39,715 nt of DNA from Octopus sinensis (GCF_006345805.1 NW_021835538.1:1-39715), one strand, 5' to 3'; counted from the stretch's first letter, positions 1 through 10,518 are shown. Program-made: numbers and translations. Notes: generated from the letters alone by a model not told the origin.

Positions 1-84
1 AAACTGCACCGCAAAATGTGGGAGTAGTTAGGAATCTAAATCGTAGGAGACAGACAGCACACACCTCTCTTTTATATATAAAGA
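1..84 (-). mobile_element. Non-autonomous Helitron family A, 5' end (rest lies outside window)
   Basis: Reverse complement of the first ~85 nt of the copies at 8182 and 33779. Starts A|TCTTTATATATAAAAGAG on the minus strand (Helitron-type 5' TC). Confidence 0.75.
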
Positions 85-566
85 TATATATATTATATAT
101 AATAGATAGAGAGAGAGAGAGGGGGGGAGAGAGAGATGTATGTATGTATGTACACACACATATATATACTGCAGTTTCATTTCAGGATTCTTGAGAAAAA
201 TAAAACAATTTGCGGTGGGCGAAAACTAATTCTTTTCTGAGCAAAAAAAAAAAAAATAGTTTCGTGGTTGCGGTTGGGAGATGATGGTCGATTACAAGAA
301 GCGTTGAAAGGGAAAGGAGAGTAACGAAGGGGAATGGTGGGAGGAAAAGCAGCCGAGTTTGTATGGAAGGGGAGAATGGACATTATTGACAAGACGTATA
401 ACACAACGTTGAATAACGGATGTTTGGAGTGAAGACGAAGAAATCAAAGTAAGGTCACGTTTTTCTTTGCGTCTGGTAATGCTTTTATTTTCAAAGTCAA
501 AACAAAGATCTTGACTGTTTTGATTCTTGTCTCCTCCCACACCAGAACAAAAAAAAAATCTCTATG

Positions 567-583
567 ATAATAATAATAATTAT

Positions 584-641
<58 letters not shown>
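567..641 (+). repeat. (TAA)n microsatellite; similar arrays at 1037-1118, 1536-1613, 5203-5260, 5808-5894, 6363-6395, 9040-9155, 11734-11843 (ATT), 19405-19485, 31728-31788
   Basis: Direct reading of the trinucleotide runs. Confidence 0.97.
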
Positions 642-643
642 TA

Positions 644-1036
644 GAGCATGTCCCTTAGTGGCTGACGATATGTGCATCTCTGACCACGAGCAAGAGTAGT
701 GGGGGAGCATCATAGCCACGTGTTGAGAGGGATTCTTTGGGGTTTGAATAATAATTCACCTCTGGAAACGGGTGGTTTTTTCAACATCCTTAAACAACCC
801 TTATTCAGGGACCTTTTGAGCGGGATGGGCTACTCAACCTGAAGAAAATTCTAACTGGGCCCCACCTGTAAGGTCATGTGCTGTTGATCTTGTTATGAGA
901 TCACCATGTTGCGCACATATGGTTGTGATGCGTGTGCCTGGTGTACCCTTATCAGACGGGTAGTCATGATGGGTATATTGGGCTTCGTATATTTTACCCC
1001 AGTGTCACTTTGATGGCATGAACTGCTTTCTCACAC
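644..1036 (+). mobile_element. TAA-array-associated non-coding element, left-truncated copy 1
   Basis: Highly similar to 1123-1535 and 5261-5807. Shares the same right end (GGCATGAACTGCT.TCTCAC.C) running into (AAT)n; TAA arrays on both sides. Confidence 0.8.
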
Positions 1037-1055
1037 AATAATAATAATAATAATG

Positions 1056-1120
<65 letters not shown>

Positions 1121-1122
1121 TG

Positions 1123-1535
1123 ACAGATTTGCTTGTCAGTTGTTTGACCTTAACCAGTTGAGCCTGTCCCTTAGTGGCTGACGATATGTGCATCTCTGAT
1201 CACGAGCAGAAGTAGCCATGTGTTGAGAGGGATTCTTTGGGGTTTGAATAATTCACCTCTGGAAACATGGGTGGTTCTTTCAACATCCTTAAACAACCCT
1301 TATTCAAGGACCTTTTGAGCGGGATGGGCTACTCAACCTGAAGAAAATTCTAACTGGGCCCCACCTGCAAGGTCATGTGCTGTTTATCTTGATATGAGAT
1401 CACCATGTCGCGCACATATGGTTGTGATGCATGTGCCTGGTGTACCCTTATCAGACGGGTAGTCATGATGGGTATACTGGGCTTCGTATATTTTACCCCA
1501 GTGTCACTTTGATGGCATGAACTGCTCTCTCACTC
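1123..1535 (+). mobile_element. TAA-array-associated non-coding element, left-truncated copy 2
   Basis: Same sequence family as 644-1036, different left end, same right end, embedded in (TAA)n. Confidence 0.8.
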
Positions 1536-1614
<79 letters not shown>

Positions 1615-1616
<2 letters not shown>

Positions 1617-1840
1617 GGTGGTGAGCTGGCAGAATCGTTAGCACACTGGATGGAATGGTTAGCGGCATTTCGTCCGTGCTTACGTTCTGAGTTCAAATTC
1701 CGCCTAGGTCGACTTTGCCTCTCATCCTTTCGGGGTCGATAAATTAAGTACCAGTGAAAAACTGGGGTCGATGTAATCGACCAGTCCCCCTCCCCCTTAA
1801 ATTTGAGGCCTTGTGCCTTCAGTAGAAAGGATTATTATTT
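1615..1840 (+). mobile_element. SINE-B (tRNA-derived)
   Basis: Head GGTGAGCTGGCAGAATCGTTAGC (A-box-like) and GAGTTCAAATTCC (B-box). Tail AGGCCTTGTGCC..AGTAGAAAGG(ATT)n. About ten related copies in the window. Confidence 0.8.
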
Positions 1841-1878
1841 TTAGCATCGTCATCATCATCATTATTATTATGGTTATT

Positions 1879-2101
1879 AAGACGGTGAGCTGGCAGAATC
1901 GTTAGCACGCCAGGCAAAATACTGAGCGGCATTTCACCCGTCCTTACGTTCTGAGTTCAAATGCCGCCGGCGTCGACTTTGCCTTTCAACCTTTCGGAGT
2001 CGATGAACGAAATGCAAGTTGAACTCTGGTGTTGATGGAATCGACTTAATGCCTCCCCAAATTTCAGGCCTTGTGCCTTTAGTAGAAAGGATTATTATTA
2101 T
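1879..2101 (+). mobile_element. SINE-B, tandem second copy
   Basis: Same head, B-box and tail as 1615-1840. Confidence 0.8.
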
Positions 2102-2660
2102 TGCCTTTGCACAGCTTCTAACGCTGGAGATGTACTACGGTGTCAGCTGTTCACTACCAATGAACTAAGGTAACACCCCTTATTTTTCGAGTACCTTCTG
2201 GAGTATTCGAGCGCTTCCAAGCAGGGCTGTTTTCTGCAAGTGCCCCACACTTATTGCAGCCCCTATTTGTTCCACGTACTTCTCGTTATTTTTGTTTACT
2301 ATTCCGACAATTATTGGTACTACTGCTACATTTTTCATCGACCACAACTGCTTAACTTCCCAAGCTAACCTGTCATATCTATCGACTTTTCTTTCGTCCT
2401 TATCGTATACCTTGTTGTCAGCTGGACATGTTATATCTATGATCCAGCATCGTTTGTTTTCTTTCTCAATTAAGACTATGTCTGGCTTCCTATTCTCTAT
2501 CTCATGGTCGCACTGAATCATAAAATCCCTTAGGATCTTTGCATTTCTATTTTCGACGATGCCTTCAAGTTTGTGGTCGTACCAATTTTTTGCTCTGTCA
2601 AGTTCAATACTTGTTGCAAAGTGTCCAATGGACAAGCCTGGCTGTTTTTACACATTATTT
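2092..2660 (-). mobile_element. R4/Dong-like non-LTR retrotransposon 3' fragment (restriction-like endonuclease domain)
   Basis: ORF 2635-2180 reads WYDHK..ENRNAKILRDFMIQCDHEIENRKPDIVLIEK..CWIIDITCPAD..K..RY..LQKTALLGSARILQKVL, the PD-(D/E)xK C-terminus of R4/Dong ORFs. An upstream shifted frame gives ARLVHWTLCNKY. The 3' UTR ends in (AAT)n. Confidence 0.85.
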
Positions 2661-2764
2661 CAAAAACCCTTTCCGAATAACGTAAGACATGATACGAGAG
2701 AGATTTAAGCTGCTATTTCTAGAAGGGTGAGCAAACCAACAGAACTCCCTCACTGATTCATTGT

Positions 2765-2771
2765 GTGTGTG

Positions 2772-2814
<43 letters not shown>

Positions 2815-3015
2815 CGTGCGTGTGTGTGTATGTGTGTGTGTAAGGCACATTTGCGGGTTCTGTCTGATCATGCAGGAATCTGCTGGCTTTGTTGCTAGGA
2901 AAGCGCTGGAAGTCGATTTGTCTACCGATCGGTCTGCCTTGCCGGTCTGCCTGCCTGTCTGCCTGCCTGTCTGCCTGCCTCTGTCGGCTGCTCTGTCTCT
3001 CTGTCTGTCTGTGTG
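2765..3015 (+). repeat. (GT)n plus (CTGC/CTGT)n compound microsatellites
   Basis: Direct reading. Confidence 0.9.
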
Positions 3016-3146
3016 TCTTGACTGCTTGGCTGGTTGAGCGAGGTATATAATCAGTTAAGTTGGCTTCGTGCCAATCTAGCTTAGCTGGCCATGCGTTTGG
3101 CCAATGGTTAGCACGGATGGTGTTAGCGTTGGTGGAACCATCAACA

Positions 3147-3178
<32 letters not shown>

Positions 3179-3295
3179 CCTCTTCATTTTAAATGTAATC
3201 TTTTAACTTGTTTCAGTCATTAGACTGTGGCCATGCAGGAGCACTTCCTAATTAGGGGAAGCGTAGTTGTGATATAGTGTAGCACAACTGATGGT

Positions 3296-3335
3296 GGGGG
3301 TGGGGGTGGGGGTGGGGGTGGGGTGGGGTGTGGGG
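3296..3335 (+). other. (GGGGT)n tract, G-quadruplex-forming potential
   Basis: Seven runs of 4-5 G separated by 1-3 nt. Confidence 0.7.
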
Positions 3336-3538
3336 TTTAGCTGCTCTCAGTTTTTTTAACACTTGCTACCAGCGCCATTATTAGCAATACCACCGCCAAA
3401 GGCGCCAACACCAGCACCGCCATTCCTTACCAACACCACCACCACCGCCGCCGCCGCCGCCAACCTTATTACCACCAACGCAATCAAAAGTACCAACATC
3501 ACCATCATTGCAGTCTCCACCACCGCCACCACCACTGC

Positions 3539-3700
3539 CAACACCATCATCATCATCATCAACACCAACTTTACCACCAGCGTCGTCACCACCGCGAACA
3601 TCATCCCCCAACACCATCATCATCATCATCAACACCAACTTTACCACCAGCGTCGTCACCACCGCGAACATCATCCCCCAACACCATCATCATCATCATC
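3539..3700 (+). repeat. Perfect 70-bp tandem duplication (about 2.3 units) within ACC/CAT low-complexity DNA
   Basis: Lines at 3541, 3611 and 3681 repeat ACACCATCATCATCATCATC with a 70-nt period. Confidence 0.9.
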
Positions 3701-3756
3701 ATTGAAGCTTCTTATTGGTCGTTCGATCTGTTAGAAATAGCAACGGAATCGTCGTC

Positions 3757-3922
3757 AGGCGCAGGAGTGGCTGTGTGGTAAGTAGCTTGCTAACCAACCA
3801 CATGGTTCCGGGTTCAGTCCCACTGCGTGGCATCTTGGGCAAGTGTCTTCTGCTATAGCCCCGGGCCGACCAATGCCTTGTGAGTGGATTTGGTAGACGG
3901 AAACTCAAAGAAGCCTGTCGTA

Positions 3923-3975
<53 letters not shown>

Positions 3976-4186
3976 TCGTGTGTCTGTGTTTGTCCCCCTA
4001 GCATTGCTTGACAACCGATGCTGGTGTGTTTATGTCCCCATTACTTAGCGGTTCGGCAAAAGAGACCGATAGAATAAGTACTGGGCTTACAAAAGTATAA
4101 GTCCCGGGGTCGATTTGCTCGATTAAAGGCGGTGCTCCAGCATGGCCGCAGTCAACTGACTGAAACAAGTAAAAGAGTAAAGAGTA
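3757..4186 (+). mobile_element. SINE-A, full-length (tRNA head, CORE-like segment, internal (TA)n(TG)n, AAAGAGT tail)
   Basis: A-box TGGCTGTGTGG, B-box GGTTCAGTCCC, CORE-like CTTGGGCAAGTGTCTT, 3' GGCGGTGCTCCAGCATGGCCGCAGTC. Near-identical to six other copies. Confidence 0.9.
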
Positions 4187-5218
4187 AGCCCAGCGTCTTT
4201 GAGAAAGACTCATTTGATAATATAATTACGGGTGCCCTGTATATGGAAAAGAAAAAAGACGGGGTGATCATCTACCCGGTCACACGACGTGCTTAAAATA
4301 ACAGTTAAATTCTCACGAATCGGACGCTGCCTTCTCAAAAAATGAAGGACACTGAGTGATGTTGTAGGTATGGAAATATATGGGAAGGCCATAGTTGAAA
4401 TGACTGTGTTTCATAGATCTGGCTGACCAGTCCGACCTAGGGCTAAGCAACAACAGCAGCAGCTAAGCAGCAACAAGAATATATTACTACTAATACTACT
4501 ACTGCTGCTGCGGCTGCTGCTGCTGCTGCTTGATTTCACTGGTTCGACTACTTAAGTCCGCTGCGAACACGGTTTGGCACCGGACCAAGTGGTGGAACAT
4601 ACAAACCGTTGCTATTGGGCATTTAATGCACAAACACTTACATTCGAACATACACACGCACATACACACACACACACACACACACAATACATATACACAC
4701 ACGCACACACACTCTATTACATATCTACTGAATAAAAACCATACACGCACATGTATATATATGCAAGTATATATGTATATATATATATGAGTGTATATGT
4801 GTGTAGATATATTGAGGAAATCGCATACTCATATACGCATGAGTGCGTGTATGTATGTATGCATGTATGTATGCATGTATGTATGTATGTATGTATGTAT
4901 ATATGCATGTATGAAGTGCTAACATGCTACCTTGATGATAGCACTTCGGTAACGCCGTTTTATGTACATAATATTTTATTCCAGTCGTTGAACTGCAGCC
5001 ATGTTGTGGTATTGTCTTTATACGATACATAACCAGTGTAAGGATAAGCTGTGGGTTTGATAGGATAGACTAAAACCCTTCAAGGTGGTGCGGTAGTACT
5101 GGTAGTTCAGTGATGTAAAAAGATGATGAGGCCCAGGTCTGAAGGTACAAAGAGAAATTTTGTCCGGAGTGCTAACGGTTCTGCTAGCCTGCCATTTTTC
5201 ATAATGATGATGATGATG

Positions 5219-5260
<42 letters not shown>

Positions 5261-5807
5261 TGATGCAGTACCAGGCAGTGGCTCTCATGGCTTCTGATCT
5301 TAACTGATTGGAAGTGTTATCATGTACATTGTTTTGTCTTGGTATAAAAGTTGGGCTACAGCAAATATTCTGCTCAATACCACAGATTTGCTTGTCAGTT
5401 GTTTGACCTTAACCAGTTGAGCATGACCCTTAGTGGCTGACGATATGTGCATCTCTGATCACGAGCAGAAGTAGTGGGGGAGCATCATAGCCATGTGTTG
5501 AGAGGGATTCTTGGGGTTTGAATAATTCACCTCTGGAAACATGGGTGGTTCTTTCAACATCCTTAAACAACCCTTATTCAGGGACCTTTTGAGCGGGATG
5601 GGCTACTCACCTGAAGAAAATTCTAACTGGGCCCCACCTGCAAGGTCATGTGCTGTTGATCTTGATATGAGATCACCATGTCGCGCACATATGGTTGTGA
5701 TGCATATGCCTGGTGTACCTTTATCAGACGGGTAGTCATGATGGGTATATTGGGCTTCGTATATTTTACCCCAGTGCACTTTGATGGCATGCACTGCTCT
5801 CTCACTC
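5261..5807 (+). mobile_element. TAA-array-associated non-coding element, longest (~550 bp) copy
   Basis: Flanked by (TAA)n on both sides; contains the sequences of copies 1, 2 and 4. Confidence 0.8.
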
Positions 5808-5841
5808 AATAATAATAATAATATATAATAATAATAATAAT

Positions 5842-5894
<53 letters not shown>

Positions 5895-5895
<1 letters not shown>

Positions 5896-6362
5896 CGGAT
5901 ATTATAAAAGATCAGACAAAAAGGACGTATTTATTAATTGACATGAGTATTCCCTGTGATCACAATATAGCGGCGAAAGGATTTGACAAGATTAGTAAAT
6001 ATAAAGACCTGCTAATAGAAATTGAAAAAATGTGGCATCTCAAGGCGACTACAGTACCAGTGATTGTAGGATCTCTAGGAATGATAAAAAAAGGTATTTG
6101 AAAATGATTCCAGGCTTACCATCCCTACAGGAAGTGCAAAAAATCGTATTAACTGGAACGGCTCATGTACTGAGAAGAGGATTATCGCTGTGAAAATAAC
6201 ATCCATCCATGAATTTATTTATTTATTAATTTTTAAATACATATTTTATCTTTGAATTTGCGCGTGTAATTTGGGAATGCATACAATGCCCTTCTCTGCC
6301 CTAGGTGTATGGAAAACACTCGGTGAGAAACGGAAGAAAATTTGAAGAAAGAAGGAAAAAAC
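5895..6362 (+). mobile_element. Second R4/Dong-like 3' fragment, 5'-truncated, inside a TAA array
   Basis: Reads PDIIIKDQTKRTYLLIDMSIPCDHNIAAKGFDKISKYKDLLIEIEKMWHLKATTVPVIVGSLG, then after a frameshift LQEVQKIVLTGTAHVLRRGLSL* (stop 6191-6193). 3' UTR is followed by (TAA)n. Confidence 0.85.
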
Positions 6363-6403
6363 ATAATAATGATAATAATAATAATAATAATAATAAAATA
6401 ATA

Positions 6404-6617
6404 TTCCTTTCTACTAAAGGCACAATGTCTGAAATTTTGAAGAAGGTGACTAGTCGATTACACCGATTCTAGTGCGTAATTGGTACTTAATTTGTCAACC
6501 CCCGAAAGGATGAAAGGCTAAATCGACCTCAGCGGAATTTGAACTCAGATCTTAAGGACGGACGAAGTGTCGCTAAGCATTACGTCCAGCGTGCTAACGA
6601 TTGCTCCAGCTCGCCTT
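6404..6617 (-). mobile_element. SINE-B
   Basis: Reverse complement of the SINE-B head and tail. Confidence 0.7.
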
Positions 6618-6974
6618 TACAAACAGGTTTTGCTGTATCTTGGGAGGATCGTTGTAGCAAATAAAAACCTGTGTGCTGTGGATGGATTTGATTTTCTTTC
6701 AAATAAGATTGGTCGGGTGGTTAACCAATTAGCTAATCGATAAATTGTTAATCACCCGATCAATAAATCATTCAGCTGGACTGGAAGAAAATTAAAAGGG
6801 GGGGGGGAATGGGACAAACGTGAAGTAAGGAGTCGACATCACTGATAAGGTTGCGAATGGCAACGAAAGGATTCTGGCAAACTGATTGATTTTTCTTTTT
6901 TGTTGATCGATTAATCAATCGATTAATCAATCGGTTCGTTAATTGGTTAGCTAGTTAGCAAAAAAAAATTTTTT

Positions 6975-7150
6975 AATCCTTTCTACTATAAACGCAGGGC
7001 TTGAAATTTGGGGGAAGGGATCAAGTCGGTTGTCGACCCCAGTACATAACTGCTACTTATTTCATCGGCCCCGAATGGATGAAAAGTAAAGCTCATCTCG
7101 GCGGAATTCGAACTCAGAGCGTGAAGACGGACGAAATGCTGCGAAGCATT
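6975..7150 (-). mobile_element. SINE-B, 5'-truncated
   Basis: Reverse complement of SINE-B body and AGTAGAAAGG tail. Confidence 0.7.
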
Positions 7151-7156
7151 TTGAAA

Positions 7157-7287
7157 CGAAGTGAAATGCCTTCCTCAAGGACTCATCGTCGGTATCTCTG
7201 TCCATAAAACGAACCCACAATCTTACGATCGTTAGAACAATCCCTTAACCAATTGGCCATGCAGCTTCATATATACATATGTGGGCA

Positions 7288-7343
<56 letters not shown>

Positions 7344-7770
7344 TAGGAATGAGAACCCAGGTTCGAAATTTCCCCAAGACACCTGATGAAGGCTGGAGGG
7401 TATATCAGCCGAAACGTTGTGTTAACAACAAACAAGATGAGGACAAATTTCCGTCAAATGTAAATAATGTAAATAAAGTACAAATTATCATGATACCTGG
7501 GATAATGAAATATGCCAGGCCTTGAGATTTATGAACAAAACAAGATGCTTTCCTTCCACAAACTTGCTACCAAGCAGGCGGACAGCCAACACTAACTCTA
7601 AATCAAAAAAGAAAAAAAGAAAACACACACGCACCCAGGTGTGCCCACATATGTGTATATGAAGCCGCATGGCCTGTTGGTTAAGGGATTGGGCTTACGA
7701 TCGTAAGATTGTGGGTTCGTTTTACGGACAGAGCGACACGATGCGTCCTTGAGGAAGGCATTTCACTTCG
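7157..7770. repeat. Inverted repeat: arms ~7157-7342 and ~7615-7770 (tRNA-SINE head plus upstream flank)
   Basis: Reverse complement of the left arm aligns with the right arm at roughly 85% by eye, including non-SINE flank CAGGTGTGCCCACATATG and the (GT)n edge. Confidence 0.85.
7378..7423 (+). ncRNA. Minimal type-I hammerhead ribozyme motif in a Penelope-like tail (7342-7476)
   Basis: GACAC-CTGATGA-A-GGCTG-loop-CAGCC-GAAA-C-GT-T-GTGTT. Stem I GACAC/GTGTT, stem II 5 bp, palindromic AACGTT in place of stem III. Confidence 0.65.
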
Positions 7771-7887
7771 TAATACTTCAGTCAGTGCAACCGAAAATGA
7801 GCACCAGCGGCAGTTCACCTTGCGACGGACTGGCGTCCAATTCTTGTAGGGGTCACGTATCCTAAGTCACTTTTGAAACGACAAATC

Positions 7888-8095
7888 GCATGGCTTAGTG
7901 GTCAGGGCATTCGGCTCACGATTGTATGGTTGTGAGTTCGATTCTGGTGGTGTATTGTGTCCATGAGCAAGACACCTTCCTTCACGTTTCTACTCTCCAC
8001 TCAGCTGGCAAAAATGAACTGTACCTGTAATTCCAAAGGGGATAGTTTTTTCATATTCTGTGTATAATGCTGAATCTCCTTGAGAAATACACTAT
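7888..8095 (+). mobile_element. SINE-C, diverged partial copy
   Basis: Head TGGCTTAGTGGTCAGGGCA..GAGTTCGATTC; body related to 21990-22374. Confidence 0.6.
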
Positions 8096-8181
8096 CAGCT
8101 ACCAATCAGCGAGCGAACTTGTCACTGCCACTACTACCACTGCTGTGTCTCTAACATACATGTCGGGCAAACAAATAGATA

Positions 8182-8668
8182 TCTTTATATATAAAAGAGA
8201 AGTTGTGTGTCTGTCTCCTACGATTTAGATTCCTAACTACTCCCACATTTTGTGGTGCAGTGTAACCAAAACCGGGTATCTTATAGTCGTGATTCATATC
8301 GAGCCCTTCTGAGTATTAGCGCGCGTCTACGATGAGTCTACGATTTAAAAAAAAATTTACCATCATTTTTTCCATTTTAATGCATTTTTTCGCTATTATA
8401 TGAGGGAAGTAACTCTCTAAAAATGTCTACGATGAGTCTACGATTTAAAAAAAAAATTACCATCAATTTTTCCCATTTTTAATGCATTTTTTTGCTATTA
8501 TATAAGGGAAGTAACTCTCTAAAAATTTATTATTAAATCTCAGAACGTAAAAAGCTTTAGTAACCCCCACCCCTTTGTGGTTAGCCATATTGAGATGGCT
8601 ATTATACTTTACATCTCTAAAGATGCTTATATAGTTATTTCCCTTACAAACCCGAGCGATACTGCTAG
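8182..8668 (+). mobile_element. Non-autonomous Helitron family A with internal tandem duplications
   Basis: A|TC 5' end and CTAG|T 3' end, no TSD. ~100-bp internal unit repeated. 3' hairpin partly deleted relative to the 33779 copy. Confidence 0.8.
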
Positions 8669-9073
8669 TAGATATATATATAAATAATAATTCTTCATTC
8701 TTGGAGTTGATTTTTCGATGCCTACGAGTTACTCCGACGCGAGAACCGAAATAATAAAAAAAAACAGCGTGTAACATGCAACAAAAATAAAATAGAACAG
8801 AGTGGTGACATTTAGCAGTGATGACCCGGAAGTTGTTCCTCTTCGATTACTTTCGTAAGCAGCAGTAGCTTTCTTCAAATGAACACACGTCGTTGATTGG
8901 TTAAAATTACCCAAGCACGACAACTTTAACGCGAAATAACTTCTAAAATACGAAATTCTGTCACAAATGTTGAAAGCAAACCGTGTTGAGCGTGAAAAAA
9001 TTACACCAGTATATGAAGTTTCAAACTGTTTAGTTAAATGATAATAATAATAATAATGATAATAATAATAATA

Positions 9074-9108
<35 letters not shown>

Positions 9109-9111
9109 GTA

Positions 9112-9155
<44 letters not shown>

Positions 9156-9158
9156 TAA

Positions 9159-9400
9159 TTCTTTTTTATTGGCCACAAGGGCTGACACATGATTAGAAAA
9201 CATAAAGGGACAAAACAAGATGAAAGGTTACAAAGGGTTTTGTCCGTTTGTGAAAAAATCGTGTAAATAAAATCTGAGAGCGAAACTGAACAGATCCCGT
9301 TTGTGTTTGTGTGGTGAGAAATCGAAAAAAATCAGGGGTTTTTTCTTATGCAAATGAAGCCTTTGTTATGTTTGTTCTCAGTGAGTCGTAAAAATGTTCA
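9159..9400 (-). mobile_element. Probable LINE 3' end (possibly L1/Tx1-type), ending AGCCCTTGTGGCCAATAAAAAAGAA next to a TAA array
   Basis: The terminal ~65 nt resemble the alternative tail of the SINE-B copy at 29510-29570. No diagnostic protein motif read; left extent uncertain. Confidence 0.4.
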
Positions 9401-9773
9401 TAAAACTAATGATTAACCTTTTGTAAAAAGGTAATCAACGACATTATTGTCCAACAGCAACAGTAAAAGAAAAAATTATGAATATCGCTAGGAAAGGTAT
9501 GAAAGCCACATATTCCCGCATCATACTTTCTAAGAGCACTAGTTATGACTTGCATTAGAAAACCTATATCGATATTTGTATTCGTCACGCAATGCTGTTG
9601 AAACAGCCATCGTTCGACAAATCTTTATAAACAACAACAACAACAACAACAGCAAGTGCAGTAATGAAACGAATGGATATTGTGATAGCCAGGCCATTGT
9701 TAAAAAAAACGCGTTGACCCTTGTCATTTCGATTGAATGAAACAGACGACATTAACGCGTCAACGCCTAGCTA

Positions 9774-9836
9774 TGACGTCAGGTGACGTCAGCAACATTG
9801 AGAGACGTAAACTGATTATTTCCTTCTGTTACGTCA
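9774..9836. promoter_or_regulatory. Cluster of CRE (CREB/ATF) motifs
   Basis: TGACGTCA at 9774-9781 and 9784-9791 (10-bp spacing), TTACGTCA at 9829-9836, in locally CpG-rich non-repeat DNA. Confidence 0.35.
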
Positions 9837-10091
9837 TTGGAGCTTCTTCGTCTTTCTCTCATGCCGTCTCCTTCGCTTCTCTTTTATTAATACTTTTTTG
9901 TCTGTGCTTTCGTTTGTTTCTTCAAATTTGTATTTAATTCGAGGTTTATTTCAAAACGCATCGACAACCCTTGGCTCTCTGTGTGTGTGTATGTGTGTGT
10001 GTGCGTGCAGTACAAATACACATGTGTGTATGAATATATACATATACATATGATTGTATGTATCTGTTTATACAAATATACAGTCACAAAT

Positions 10092-10263
10092 AGGCGCAGG
10101 AGTGGCTGTGTGGTAAGTAGCTTGCTAACCAACCACATGGTTCCGGGTTCAGTCCCACTGCGTGGCATCTTGGGCAAGTGTCTTCTGCTATAGCCCCGGG
10201 CCGACCAATGCCTTGTGAGTGGATTTGGTAGACGGAAACTGAAAGAAGCCTGTCATATATATG

Positions 10264-10300
<37 letters not shown>

Positions 10301-10518
10301 TTGTGTGTCTGTGTTTGTCCCCCTAGCATTGCTTGACAACCGATGCTGGTGTGTTTACGTCCCCGTTACTTAGCGGTTCGGCAAAAGAGACCGATAGAAT
10401 AAGTACTGGGCTTACAAAGAATAAGTCCCGGAGTCGATTTGATCGACTAAAGGCGGTGCTCCAGCATGGCCGCAGTCAAATGACTGAAACAAGTAAAAGA
10501 GAATAAAGAGTAAAGAGA
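10092..10518 (+). mobile_element. SINE-A, full-length
   Basis: Near-identical to 3757-4186. Confidence 0.9.

Noticed and set aside
444-1696. ORFs with poly-Y, poly-L, poly-I or poly-N runs (also 9030-9218, 11495-11845, 19273-19543, 31675-31879)
   Set aside because: They are translations of (TAA)n arrays, which lack stops in some frames.
2750-3187. 145-aa minus ORF starting MKRQQQH
   Set aside because: Mostly microsatellite-derived; the unique middle shows no recognisable motif or splice support.
3363-3734. Thr/Ala/His-rich 123-aa ORF
   Set aside because: ACC/GCC/CAT low-complexity DNA with a local 70-bp duplication; open on several frames of both strands.
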